Below, piece after piece: positions 19,800-29,904 of a DNA stretch of 64,000 bases. Within the stretch, counting starts at the first letter, position 1, and every line of letters starts with the position of its first letter. A model generated the notes under the pieces. That model was not told where the DNA came from. It searched no databases and saw nothing but the letters and a program-made list of their open reading frames with translations. A program made the position numbers and the translations under genes. The stretch is from Candidatus Eiseniibacteriota bacterium (GTDB lineage: Bacteria; Eisenbacteria; RBG-16-71-46; CAZAMP01), in NCBI GenBank assembly GCA_965224245.1, contig OZ245046.1, positions 5,184,001-5,248,000 of the forward strand, in the 5' to 3' direction.

Positions 19800-20554
19800 G
19801 GCGCGTCCAGCCGGCCCGCCACGACCGCATACGCCGCCGAGTGTCCCTCGAACCCGGGCGTGAGCACGTTGAGCACGACGATGAGCTCGGTCTCGTCGAT
19901 CAGTCGCACCTCCTCGATCCGGTAGTCGAGGGCGCAGACGCCGGGCGGGGCGAAGTCGTCCACGAGCACGCGCGGACGGTCGCCGGTATGCAGGACGAGG
20001 TCGACCGAGAGCGCCTCGCCGAAGAAGTGGCAGTCGCGTCCGAGCGGCTCGGGGGCGAGCTCGATGCTGAGCTCCCGCCAGCGCATGCCACCGAGCGCGG
20101 GGTGGGTGGCCACGTGCACGCGATGATCGTCGACTCCGAGATCGGTTCGGGGATGCCAGAGAAGGCGACGGCCCACACGCTCGGGGTCGATCCCGAGCGC
20201 GGTCAGCTCGATCGCCGCCCGGTCCCGCAGCTGCCGCCGTACGACGTCCACGCCCACCGTCGAGTTCTCCGGCTCGACGCGGCGCCAGGCCGGCCGGAAC
20301 GCCTGGTTGGTCGCCGTGTCGAACACGTGAACGGAGGCGATCGCCGAGCCGCTCCCGTCCATCACGCCGTACTGCTCGAACGCGGCATGACGCCCGTCGG
20401 GCGAGGTGCCGAGGAAGTGGAAGGTCAGGTGCTCCCCCGCGAGAGCCGCCGTTGCCGACATCGCCGTCATGAACGCGCACGCCGCGATCGACGCCGCGAC
20501 GTCGCGCGCGACCGACCGGAGGGTCGGCCTGGAAACCGATCGCGACGCGTGCAT
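19796..20554 (-). CDS. DUF2259-like exported protein
   Basis: Signal peptide, then FLGTSPDGRHAAFEQYGVMDGSG, recalled as DUF2259-like; start uncertain. Confidence 0.65.
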   Translation of the reverse strand: MHASRSVSRPTLRSVARDVAASIAACAFMTAMSATAALAGEHLTFHFLGTSPDGRHAAFEQYGVMDGSGSAIASVHVFDTATNQAFRPAWRRVEPENSTVGVDVVRRQLRDRAAIELTALGIDPERVGRRLLWHPRTDLGVDDHRVHVATHPALGGMRWRELSIELAPEPLGRDCHFFGEALSVDLVLHTGDRPRVLVDDFAPPGVCALDYRIEEVRLIDETELIVVLNVLTPGFEGHSAAYAVVAGRLDAP

Positions 20555-20676
20555 GCGGTTGACTCCGGCGGTTGTCTCGACTATTTGATAGCTATGCGCG
20601 GGCGGCAGGCACGCGTGAACGCGCGATGGACTCGCATTGTACTCGACGGTGTTGGGTCACGCACCTGGAGTCACCG

Positions 20677-21156
20677 ATGGCACCTCGACGCTACTGGCTC
20701 ATGAAGAGCGAGCCGGATGTCTTCTCGATCGACGACCTCGCCCGGGACGGGCGCACCTGCTGGGACGGCATCCGGAACTACCAGGCCCGGAACTTCATGC
20801 GCGACGAGATGCACGTCGGTGACCTGGTTCTGTTCTATCACTCCAACGCGAAGCCGCCCGGCATCGCGGGGCTGGCCCAGGTGTGCCGCGAGGCGTATCC
20901 CGACTACACGGCCTGGGACACCCGGAGCGCGTACTTCGACGAGCGCTCCACGCCGGACAACCCCGTCTGGATGATGGTCGACATCGAGTTCGTGGAGCGA
21001 TTCCCCGAGGTGCTCAGCCTCGAGGAGCTGAAGTCCACCCCGGCGCTCGCGGACATGAAGGTCGTCCAGAAGGGCCAGCGCCTGTCCGTGCAGCCGGTCT
21101 CGGCCGCCCACATGGACGCCGTCCTCGAGATGGCGGGAGCGCGGCACACGATCTAG
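20677..21156 (+). CDS. EVE domain protein (Thy28-like)
   Basis: YWLMKSEP, WDGIRNYQARNFM, GDLVLFYHS, RLSVQPV. Confidence 0.93.
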   Translation: MAPRRYWLMKSEPDVFSIDDLARDGRTCWDGIRNYQARNFMRDEMHVGDLVLFYHSNAKPPGIAGLAQVCREAYPDYTAWDTRSAYFDERSTPDNPVWMMVDIEFVERFPEVLSLEELKSTPALADMKVVQKGQRLSVQPVSAAHMDAVLEMAGARHTI

Positions 21157-24100
21157 ATCGAGCCTCCATCCGACGGCCTCTCCGACTCTGTCCGGGAGCC
21201 CCGCGGAACCCGGAGAGCACGGAGCTCCTGGATTCTCTGGGCCAGGTCGGATTCTCTGTCCGCGCCCAGCTTCTCGGCCACCGACTCCGCCTCGGCAAGC
21301 GCGGCTCGGGCCGCTTCCACGTCTCCAAGCCTCATCTCGAGAGTGCCGATTGCACACAGCGCCTTCCCGAGCTCGACGTGATCACGCACGTCTCGCAGGA
21401 TGCCGGTGCCGAGGGCAAAGTACCGACGCGCCTCGACCAGACGATCCTGCTCTGCGTGTAGTGCACCCAGGCTGCAGAGCGTGTCTCCCTCCGACGATCG
21501 GTTCCCCGTCGCGCGATTGATCGTCAGTGCCCGCTCGAGGTACTCCTGGGCCAGCTTCATCCGACCGTGCTCCATGCAGAGGGTCCCGAGGTTGCTCAGC
21601 ACGATTCCCTGTCCAAGCAGTTGATCGATCTCACGATAAATCGCCAGGGCTTCATCCCCTGTCGCGATTGCGCGGTCGAGGTCTCCGAGGGAGGCGTGGA
21701 AGTTGACCAGGTTCGCGAGCACGGTTGCCTCGGATCGCCGGGCACCCACCTCGCGAGTCATCGCCAGGGCCGCATCGTAGTGGAGGCGCGCTTCCTCGGT
21801 GTGACCGGCTCTGAAGTGCAGGATGCCGAGGCCGCCGAGCAGGACCCCCTCCAGCAGCCGATTGCCCGTGTCACGATGCGCAGCGAGCGCCGCTTCGTAG
21901 CATTCTCTCGACTCCTCCAGGCGGCCCTCGTTGGCGGCGAGAGCGCCGAGGTTGCCGAGAACGACGCCTTCCAGACGCCGGTTTCCGGTCTCTCGGTGAA
22001 CGGCCAGGGCCGCCTCGTAATGCGAACGCGCCTCCTCCCGTCGACCTTGCTGCTGACAGTGTGCGCCGAGATTGCTGAGCGTCGTGGCTTCGGAGGAGCG
22101 GTCACCGACGCGCCTCTCGATGGCCAGCGCCGCCTGGTAGCGGCGGTATGCGTCGGCCGGGCGATCCTGGATCGCGTCGAGATCGCCCAGCAGCCGGCTG
22201 GCCGCCGCCTCACGTCGCCAATCGCGTCCGCGCTGGCTGATGGAGAGTCCGGATTCCGCGTGGGCCCTCGCCGCGTCCATCTTCCCGGCGAGCTGCTCTG
22301 CCCAGGCCACCGACACGAGCACCCGACCGCGTGGCCCGGATTCGGAGATCGACTGAAGTACCTCGTTTCCGAGTCGAACCGCGGTCGAGAGCGGTCCTCG
22401 CAGGGTCAGCACCGCGTTCGCAGCCGCGAACGCATTCGCGGCTAGCGAATCGTCTCCTCTCGCCAGGGCCCGTCGGCATGCCACCAACAGGTTCGAAAGC
22501 TCCAGCGCCAGTGCCGCGCGTCTGGAGACGCCCCGATGCCGGTGAAGCCGCTCGATGGACTCATCGCTACCCATCCCGGCGTAGTATGCACAATGGCGCG
22601 TCTCGACCCCGCACGAGCACCGATCGCTCGACGCGAGCCGGGCGGCCGTGTACTCGCGAACGGTCGCGTACATGCCGAACCTCAGCACACCGTGCGTCAC
22701 CCACGTTCGCAACCAGCTCTTGTCGATCAGGGCCTGAAGCACGTCGAGCACCGGCGGCACCGCAGTGCCATCACCCGGGTCGATCACGGATTCCCCAGCG
22801 TCCAGCGTGAAGCCACCCTCGAAGACAGAGGCTTGCGAGATCGCCAGTCGCTCCCCTCGATCGAGCAGATCCCACGACCAGTCCAGCGTTTCCCGGAGCG
22901 TGGAGCCGTGGTCATCGCCGTGTCCGGTGTCGATCCGGAAGTGTCTGCGGAGGCGATCACGAAGCTGAGCCAGATCGAGCCGACGAAGACGAGCCGCCGC
23001 GAGCTCGATTGCCAGGGGCATTCCTCCCAACCGACGGACGATGTCCGCGGCGATCGAGTGGTTGCGTGCCGTCAGGCGAAAGCCCGGCTGGTACCCGATC
23101 GCCCGCGCCTCGAACAGCGTCGCCCCAGAGGTCATCGGGTCGAGGGGCTCCAGCTCGATCGCGACCTCCTCGGGCATCTGAAGCCGTGCCCGGCTGGTGA
23201 TCACGAACACGGCACTCGTCGCCATCTGGAGCCAGACCCGCAGGACCTCGGTCGAGCCCGGGGCCCTTGGATCCAACCCGTCGAGGATGACCAAGCATTC
23301 GGCACGCGCGGCGATGGCGTGGCCGATTCTCTCGATGGGGTCGTCGCGGTCGAGAACGATGTCCAGCACGGTGGCGACCACGCGCGCCAGGTCGTCGGCG
23401 TCGAGCGCCTCGCTCACATCACAGAACCAGACGCCGCCCGGCCAGACGTCGAGGCTCCGCCACCCGTGGTGTTGAGCCAGGCGCGTCTTGCCGATCCCTC
23501 CGGGCCCGTGAACGGTGAAGAGCCGCGATGACGATGCCCGCGCTCCCGGCGAGAACTCCGCGAGGAGGTCGAGCTCGCCTTGGCGACCGACGAACACGTC
23601 GCGCTCGGCGGGTAGAGACCTCGGAGTCTCCCGGCTGGCGACCGGGCGCCCTTCGATGACGCGAATGGCATCGCCCGCGGTGGCGGGACGGCTCTCCGGG
23701 TCCTCGGCGAGGAGCAGACCAACCGCGTGATCCCACCTCGCATCGACTGGTACGAAGTCCGTGACCCGCGGACGCGGCTTGTCGAGACACGCCCTTGCGG
23801 CCTCGACCGAGGTGGCTTCCGGAAACGGGAGGCGACCGGTCGCCATCTCGAACAGCACGACGCCAAGAGCGTACAGGTCGCCACGCGGTCCCGATGTCTT
23901 GCCTCGGAGCTGCTCTGGCGCCATGTGTGTCGGCGTTCCCGCGACTCTCGTGGGCTCCGGCGCGTCTGGCGGCGTCGCGATCGTTCCGGTCACCGATCTG
24001 TCAGGACCGGCGTCGTGATCGCCCGAGGGGACGCCGTACTCGAATGCCCTTGCGAGTCCGAAGTCGGTGATGACCGTGCGATCGCCTCCGTCCACACGCG

Positions 24101-24782
24101 TGAGCATGATGTTGGCGCTCTTGAAGTCGCCATGAACGATCCCCGAGCGGTGCGCGGCGTCGAGGCCGTCCGCAAGCTGATACGCCAGGGCCAGCGCCTG
24201 GTCGGCGTCGATCGGCCCCTCCCGTCGAATACGACTTCGGAGAGTCTCTCCTCGCAGGTAGTCCATGACGAGAAAGAGCAGCTCTCCCACCGCATTCTGG
24301 TGTCGGCCGAACTCGTAGATCCTGCAGATACCGGGATCGAACACGGAGCGCGCCGCGAGAAACTCTTGCTTGAAGCGATGGAGGACGGCCGCGTCCAGCG
24401 CGAACTCCGACCGTAGCGTCTTGACCGCCACCTGGACCCGGAGCCGGGTGTCCCTCGCGAGATAGACCTCTCCCATTCCTCCCCGGGCGATGAATCGCAC
24501 GATACGATATCGGCCGGCAACGACTTCGTCGATCCTGAGCCGCGGAGCTGACGGCCGGCGTAGCTTCGGCCGAAGTGCCTCCGTGATCGCGTCATCGATC
24601 GAATCGTGTGGCAGATCGGACCGTCGAATCAGGCGTTGCGCGAGCAGCGCCAGCTCGGGATCTCGCCGGGCGAGCTCCGACAGCCGATCGGAGCGTTCAC
24701 GGGGAGGGCGATCGAGAAGGTCGAGCACGATCGAACGCAGAGTGGCGAATCGAGACGGCGAGAGAGGAGACGGTGGGATCAT
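21153..24782 (-). CDS. Ser/Thr protein kinase fused to a STAND/NB-ARC-like ATPase and TPR repeats
   Basis: RGGMGEVY, VAVK, HGDFKSANI, DFGLA, GTPTHMAPE; Walker A GPGGIGKT; GMPLAIELAA; C-terminal TPRs (…LGNLG…). Confidence 0.9.
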   Translation of the reverse strand: MIPPSPLSPSRFATLRSIVLDLLDRPPRERSDRLSELARRDPELALLAQRLIRRSDLPHDSIDDAITEALRPKLRRPSAPRLRIDEVVAGRYRIVRFIARGGMGEVYLARDTRLRVQVAVKTLRSEFALDAAVLHRFKQEFLAARSVFDPGICRIYEFGRHQNAVGELLFLVMDYLRGETLRSRIRREGPIDADQALALAYQLADGLDAAHRSGIVHGDFKSANIMLTRVDGGDRTVITDFGLARAFEYGVPSGDHDAGPDRSVTGTIATPPDAPEPTRVAGTPTHMAPEQLRGKTSGPRGDLYALGVVLFEMATGRLPFPEATSVEAARACLDKPRPRVTDFVPVDARWDHAVGLLLAEDPESRPATAGDAIRVIEGRPVASRETPRSLPAERDVFVGRQGELDLLAEFSPGARASSSRLFTVHGPGGIGKTRLAQHHGWRSLDVWPGGVWFCDVSEALDADDLARVVATVLDIVLDRDDPIERIGHAIAARAECLVILDGLDPRAPGSTEVLRVWLQMATSAVFVITSRARLQMPEEVAIELEPLDPMTSGATLFEARAIGYQPGFRLTARNHSIAADIVRRLGGMPLAIELAAARLRRLDLAQLRDRLRRHFRIDTGHGDDHGSTLRETLDWSWDLLDRGERLAISQASVFEGGFTLDAGESVIDPGDGTAVPPVLDVLQALIDKSWLRTWVTHGVLRFGMYATVREYTAARLASSDRCSCGVETRHCAYYAGMGSDESIERLHRHRGVSRRAALALELSNLLVACRRALARGDDSLAANAFAAANAVLTLRGPLSTAVRLGNEVLQSISESGPRGRVLVSVAWAEQLAGKMDAARAHAESGLSISQRGRDWRREAAASRLLGDLDAIQDRPADAYRRYQAALAIERRVGDRSSEATTLSNLGAHCQQQGRREEARSHYEAALAVHRETGNRRLEGVVLGNLGALAANEGRLEESRECYEAALAAHRDTGNRLLEGVLLGGLGILHFRAGHTEEARLHYDAALAMTREVGARRSEATVLANLVNFHASLGDLDRAIATGDEALAIYREIDQLLGQGIVLSNLGTLCMEHGRMKLAQEYLERALTINRATGNRSSEGDTLCSLGALHAEQDRLVEARRYFALGTGILRDVRDHVELGKALCAIGTLEMRLGDVEAARAALAEAESVAEKLGADRESDLAQRIQELRALRVPRGSRTESERPSDGGSI

Positions 24783-25432
24783 GAACGTGGCGTTCCCCCG
24801 TCGTCCTCGTTACGACGTCCGGAGTCTCCCTCGCTGGCCTCTCGCTGGGGCCGGGTCTCGTCGATCTGATCGAGTAGCCACAGCCGCGCGACTTGCCAGT
24901 CGTTGGTGACCGTTCGCCTCGACACTCCCAGGACCTCGGCGGTCTCGGTCTCGGTCAGCCCGCCGAACACCCGGAGCTCGACGACGCGCGCCATGCGGGG
25001 ATCCATCACCGCGAGCTGCTCGAGGATCTCGTTGACCTCGAGAACCTGCTCGGCGTCATCGATCGCGAGCTCGAGCAGACCATCGAGCGGAACGCGCTGC
25101 CGTGGCCCGCCGCGCTTCTGCGCCGTCTTCCGTCGCGCGTGCTCGACCAGGATCTGGCGCATGGCGCGTGTGGCGATCCCAAAGAAGTGTGCCCGGGACT
25201 GCCATGGAACCACCGCGTCACGCGTCAGCCGAACGTACGCCTCGTTCACGAGCGCCGTCGGTTGGAGGGTGTGATCCTCGCGCTCCCGCGTCATGAGGCG
25301 GTTCGCGATTGCGCGCAGCTCACGGTAGGCGGTCGAGAAGACGACGTCGGTCACCGCTCTCGTGGGAGGTCGGGTCCCGAGGTCCAGGAGGATCGCCGTG
25401 ATCTCCTGGCTGGGCTTCGAGGACGAGGACAT
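24779..25432 (-). CDS. ECF sigma-70 factor of the kinase-associated type (TIGR02999-like)
   Basis: HTLQPTALVNEAYVRL, SRAHFFGIATRAMRQILV, KRGG, ELRVFGGL, DWQVARLWL; stop overlaps the kinase start (ATGA). Confidence 0.92.
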   Translation of the reverse strand: MSSSSKPSQEITAILLDLGTRPPTRAVTDVVFSTAYRELRAIANRLMTREREDHTLQPTALVNEAYVRLTRDAVVPWQSRAHFFGIATRAMRQILVEHARRKTAQKRGGPRQRVPLDGLLELAIDDAEQVLEVNEILEQLAVMDPRMARVVELRVFGGLTETETAEVLGVSRRTVTNDWQVARLWLLDQIDETRPQREASEGDSGRRNEDDGGTPRS

Positions 25433-25643
25433 CGTGGTTCTCCCGAAAACCCCGATCTTATCACAGGTGAACCTCGAAAACGGCGACCGGTCTGGATCAT
25501 AAGTTGCACAAAGGCAATATGTTACAACCGAGAGGGAGGATCCAGACCTTCGTTGGACGAGACAGCGCTGCGCAATCCGTCGCCGTCTTGCACATCTCGA
25601 ATCAGGAATCCGATCCAGTCGATTCGATGCAGGAGGGCCACAG

Positions 25644-28600
25644 ATGAATCTCAGAATCGGACGCCCAGTCCTCGTCGTGCTTGCCGCAATCACTTCGGTC
25701 GCGGCGATGACCTCGGCTTCGGCTCCGCTCACCGGCGGTGGGGATCGAGCCGCATGCTGCAACCAGTCGCACGATGTCGGACTCGACTTTCGCCGGGACA
25801 GCCCGGGAGCCGTCCCCGAGGCGGTCTCCGGATTCCAGCTTCCCATGGACAACCATCACTACGGTCTTTGCTACAAGCTCTGCGAGGCCGTGGACAGCTG
25901 TCCGGGCACGACGTTTCACCCCGGCGTCGATTTCAACGGGCCGGGTGACGGCGATGCGGATTGCGGTCTCGACGTGCGATCCGTCGCGACCGGACTCGTC
26001 CGCTGGGTCGACACCACGACCTGGGGCAGCATCGTCATCGAGCATCTGTATCAGGGACAGACGTGGTACTCGCAGTACGGCCACCTCGAGATCGCCGACG
26101 TCGTGGTGGGTCAGGCGGTTGCCCGCGGCGACAAGATCGGCGAGGTCGGCAAGGTCGGCGCCACGTCGTGCCATCTCCACTGGGAGATCCGCGAGTCCGA
26201 CCATCCAGCCCCAACCTATGGTCCTTTCTGGGACTGCAACGGCTTTCAGAGCCAGACGACGATCGAGGACTGGTACGAGGATCCGGAGGCATTCGTCGCC
26301 GGGCATGGCCCGTACGGAGAGAGCATCGTGGTGAGCGATCCCCTCGCGGTTTCGCCCACTCGGACCGATCCCATGACGATCTTCGCGCTCCCCGACGAGT
26401 ATGCCGGTGGCTTTCCCGAGGGAGGCGAGCGGAACCTCCTCGTTGGCTTTCGGCTCCGAAACGACGGCCCGGCGGACGTCCTTCTCGACAACTACGGCGT
26501 CGAGGTGTTGAAGGGCGGAGTCCATCAGTTCTTTCTCAGGCGCGATGCGTCCGTGTGGCTCCCGTCCGGCGGTGAGACGCCTGTCTTCGACATGAGAGGG
26601 TGGATCACCGACGACCGCCTGGACGGTCTCTCCGCTACCGAATTCGGCGCGATCGTGCAGTACCAGAAGGGAGGCGAGTGGTTCGACGCTGGTGGCGATG
26701 ACGCGACCGCAACGTTCACCGTGTTCCCGCGGCCGCCCTTGGCGGACCGCATGCTCGTCAAGCGTCCGCGAGCCGAGGGCGAGACCGATCCCGAGACCGC
26801 TCGCATCCATCATCATCAGCATGGATTCAAGTGGTGGATAACCAGCTCGACCACCGCCGACAACCTGTTTCCGGGCTGGAGCCAGACGTTCTACGTCTAC
26901 CCGTCAGGTGAAGTCACCGCGCTCGCGGTCCCTCGACACCCCGACCACGACGGCACCACACCGGTCGTCGCCGGGCGGAATCTCCTGGTGATCCGAGAAG
27001 GCTCTCCGACCGTGTACATCCTCGAGCCCGAGCCGAGCGGTGGACCGTTGCGACTACGGCCGTTCGCCGACGAGGCGGCCTTCTGGGCCTATGGGTACGA
27101 TTCCACGGGCCCCGATCACGACCTCGTCACGCAACCCATCCTCGTGGAGCACGGCTGGTCGTGGCTGGAGGCGGCCTACCCCGTCGGGTCCACGATCGAA
27201 CCACCTGCGGAGGACCCGATCCTCTCGGTAACCCCCGACCACCAAGACGTCGACTGGCCATCGGGCAACGGGTTCTTCGACGTCTGGAATCAGGGCGGCG
27301 GCGAGATGACGTGGACCTCCGAGGTGATCGTCGGCGCGGAGTGGCTCCACATCATCGGTGGAAGCACGGGAGTCGACGGCGGGACCATCAGCTTCCTTGC
27401 CGACGTCAACCCGGTCACCGCACCGCGATCGGGGACGATCCGCGTAACCGCGCCCGGCGCCGCCGGCAGCCCGGCCGACGTGGTCGTCAATCAAGCCGCT
27501 GGCCCCGGGACGAGCGTGCTCTACGTCTGTCCTGACGGCACTGCCGAGTACGCGACCATCCAGGACGCGATCGACGCCGCGATCCCCGGCGACGTCGTCC
27601 TGCTCTGCGACGGCGTGTACAGCGGTCCCGGCAACCGGACCGTCCAGTTTCGCGGCAAGGACATCACCGTGCGATCCGAGAGCGGTGATCCGTCCACCTG
27701 CGTCATCGACGTCGGAGGCGCCACCGGATCGGACACGGGTTTCTACTTCGGCGAGTTCGAGTCCGACGCAGCCGCTCTCGCGTACGTGACGATCACCAAT
27801 GGCGGCTGGGCAACCGCGGGGGCGGTCTGGGTGGCGTACTCCTCTCCGGTCATCGAAGGCTGCGTGTTCGAGGGGAACTTCGCGTCGGAGCGAGGCGGCG
27901 CGGTCAACATCGCCGGCGACAGTGAGTGCAGGATCGAGGGCTGCGTGTTTCGCGACAACGAGGCGGTGGGCTGGGGCGGTGCGATCTACCTCTCCGGAAG
28001 TTCCGCCACGATCGTCGGGAACGTGTTCGAGGACAACTCCGCCGACTTCGGTGGTGCCATTCGTGTGTCCGCATCGGCCGACGGGTCGGTCATCGCCGGC
28101 AACGTCTTCCGTCGGAATCGCGGCAAGGGGGCTGCCCTCTGGGTCGGTGCCAACGAGGTGTTGATCGAGGACAACGTGTTCGATCGGAATGGACCGGTCG
28201 CCGGGGGAAGTGACAAGGGCTCGGTGTTCGTCGGCATGGCGTCGCCGACGCTCTCCCGGAACACGTTCGTGAACAGCCGGGGCACCGCGGTCTGGTGCTC
28301 GTGGGAGGCGGATGCGGTCGTCGAGGCCAACATCATCACCGGGTCGGCCGCATGGGGCATGGTCTGCGAGCCCGATGGTGTTCACCTCCCGGAGCCGACC
28401 ATCCACTGCAACGCGTTCTGGGAGAACGCGAGCGGAGACTTCTGCGGCATCGACCTGGGTGGAAACTTCCACCTCGACCCTCAGATCTGCGTGGGAGACA
28501 CGACGTCGTACGGACTGGCCGACACGTCCCCGTGCCGGCCCGGCCAGCACCCGGACGGCATGGCATGTGGTCGCATCGGTGCGAGCGACTCCGTCTGCGT

Positions 28601-28904
28601 ACTGCTCGACGTCCACTCTCCGCCAGAACGGCCGCAAGCGGTCGTGTCCGTATGGCCGAATCCCGTCCGGGGTCAGGTGCGGATCGCGGGCCCCATTCTG
28701 GACGGTACACCTGCCCGATCGTCCGTCTACGACCCCACCGGTCGTCGCGTGTGCTCGCTGGACGTCACCGAGTCTCCAGACCGGGCCAGCGCAATCTGGG
28801 ATGGGTGCGATGATTCGGGACGCCCGGTGCCGCCCGGGGTCTACTTCCTGCGCTGGGGATCGGCTGAGAGAGGGACCTCGGCGCGGATCGTCTTGATCGA
28901 GTGA
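25644..28904 (+). CDS. Exported M23 metallopeptidase + BACON + right-handed beta-helix + FlgD-Ig/T9SS-like CTD
   Basis: HPGVD (HxxxD), YGHL, HLHWEIR (HxH); BACON '...RSGTIRVTAPGA...VVVNQAA'; 'YATIQDAIDAA..GD' and F..N.A..GGA repeats; PNP...YDPTGRRV...WDG...PGVYF. Confidence 0.85.
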   Translation: MNLRIGRPVLVVLAAITSVAAMTSASAPLTGGGDRAACCNQSHDVGLDFRRDSPGAVPEAVSGFQLPMDNHHYGLCYKLCEAVDSCPGTTFHPGVDFNGPGDGDADCGLDVRSVATGLVRWVDTTTWGSIVIEHLYQGQTWYSQYGHLEIADVVVGQAVARGDKIGEVGKVGATSCHLHWEIRESDHPAPTYGPFWDCNGFQSQTTIEDWYEDPEAFVAGHGPYGESIVVSDPLAVSPTRTDPMTIFALPDEYAGGFPEGGERNLLVGFRLRNDGPADVLLDNYGVEVLKGGVHQFFLRRDASVWLPSGGETPVFDMRGWITDDRLDGLSATEFGAIVQYQKGGEWFDAGGDDATATFTVFPRPPLADRMLVKRPRAEGETDPETARIHHHQHGFKWWITSSTTADNLFPGWSQTFYVYPSGEVTALAVPRHPDHDGTTPVVAGRNLLVIREGSPTVYILEPEPSGGPLRLRPFADEAAFWAYGYDSTGPDHDLVTQPILVEHGWSWLEAAYPVGSTIEPPAEDPILSVTPDHQDVDWPSGNGFFDVWNQGGGEMTWTSEVIVGAEWLHIIGGSTGVDGGTISFLADVNPVTAPRSGTIRVTAPGAAGSPADVVVNQAAGPGTSVLYVCPDGTAEYATIQDAIDAAIPGDVVLLCDGVYSGPGNRTVQFRGKDITVRSESGDPSTCVIDVGGATGSDTGFYFGEFESDAAALAYVTITNGGWATAGAVWVAYSSPVIEGCVFEGNFASERGGAVNIAGDSECRIEGCVFRDNEAVGWGGAIYLSGSSATIVGNVFEDNSADFGGAIRVSASADGSVIAGNVFRRNRGKGAALWVGANEVLIEDNVFDRNGPVAGGSDKGSVFVGMASPTLSRNTFVNSRGTAVWCSWEADAVVEANIITGSAAWGMVCEPDGVHLPEPTIHCNAFWENASGDFCGIDLGGNFHLDPQICVGDTTSYGLADTSPCRPGQHPDGMACGRIGASDSVCVLLDVHSPPERPQAVVSVWPNPVRGQVRIAGPILDGTPARSSVYDPTGRRVCSLDVTESPDRASAIWDGCDDSGRPVPPGVYFLRWGSAERGTSARIVLIE

Positions 28905-29044
28905 TGCGGGTTCGACACGACCCTGCGCGGGCCCCGACTACGGCCGAGCCTCCCGCGCCGGGTCCTCGGTCTCCCGGGACGCCAGCCGGCCGGAGCCGAG
29001 GCCCGATTGACTCACGACGTCCATCGAAGGTGGAAGGAGGGCAC

Positions 29045-29767
29045 ATGTCCACGTGGCAGAAGGCGAGCCTGGTCGGATCGGGGATCGTGGTCGCAGCCTT
29101 CTTCGCCCCCTGGGCAGGACCCCGGATCGGACTCCATGTCGTCGTCGTGTCGCTTCAGATGCTGGAGCGCCATGGCCGAGACTGGATCCTGGTCGGAGTC
29201 ACCAACATGCTGTTCATACTCCTGCCCCTGGTCTGCCATTCGCTCAATCTGCTCGGCCGTGCAAGACGTCGCGTGAGAAGCCTCGTCCTCGTTTCGATAC
29301 CGCTCGCGTTCTGGATACTGGTCTTCGTCTACGCCTCGGCGGGCGCCGGGCGGTCGGTCCTTCCGGCCTCGCAGGAGGTGATGACGAGCCCTGGTTTCAT
29401 GGCCACGCTGCTGGGGCAGCTGGTCGCCGTAAAGGGAGGTTTCATGACGCAATCGGCAACCGAGACCGGGGGGAGCGAGATTCGAACCTCCCCGGCCCGA
29501 GAGATCGATGCCGGCGCGCCCGGCAGGTTTCGTGTACCGGTCACGGTTTTCGTCATCGCGGCGGTCGTCCTGATCGGCAGCGTCATCTGGAATCAGGTCG
29601 CGCAGGACGCGTATCGAGAGGCGTTCTGGAGCTGGGGTGGTGCCGGCGAAGAGAGCGCCAAGCTACAGGTTCAGGTCTCCAGGGTACTCCAGTACGTCGG
29701 GGGCGCGGGGGCGGCGCTGGGGCTGATCCTCGCCATCTTGGCTGCGGCTGGAAGGAGGGAGACCTGA
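29045..29767 (+). CDS. Hypothetical integral membrane protein
   Basis: About 6 hydrophobic segments; GGAGG RBS before ATG at 29045. Confidence 0.55.
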   Translation: MSTWQKASLVGSGIVVAAFFAPWAGPRIGLHVVVVSLQMLERHGRDWILVGVTNMLFILLPLVCHSLNLLGRARRRVRSLVLVSIPLAFWILVFVYASAGAGRSVLPASQEVMTSPGFMATLLGQLVAVKGGFMTQSATETGGSEIRTSPAREIDAGAPGRFRVPVTVFVIAAVVLIGSVIWNQVAQDAYREAFWSWGGAGEESAKLQVQVSRVLQYVGGAGAALGLILAILAAAGRRET

Positions 29768-29904
29768 CCGCCGGGTCCCGGGCACAGACTGCTCGCGGAC
29801 CTCGATCTCCTCCGTCGCCCAGAAGTCGTGTACCCTCCTGGGGGGTCGAGGCCGACTCGACCCCCGACCCGCCCACACATGACACCCTATCCCGGAGGGG
29901 ACCC

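Noticed and set aside
20677-21156. EVE domain as part of a modification-dependent restriction system
   Set aside because: Stand-alone Thy28-like EVE with no adjacent nuclease.
21145-21165. Palindrome CGATCTAGATCG where the EVE and kinase stop codons overlap
   Set aside because: Explained by convergent genes sharing CTAG; too short to imply a function.
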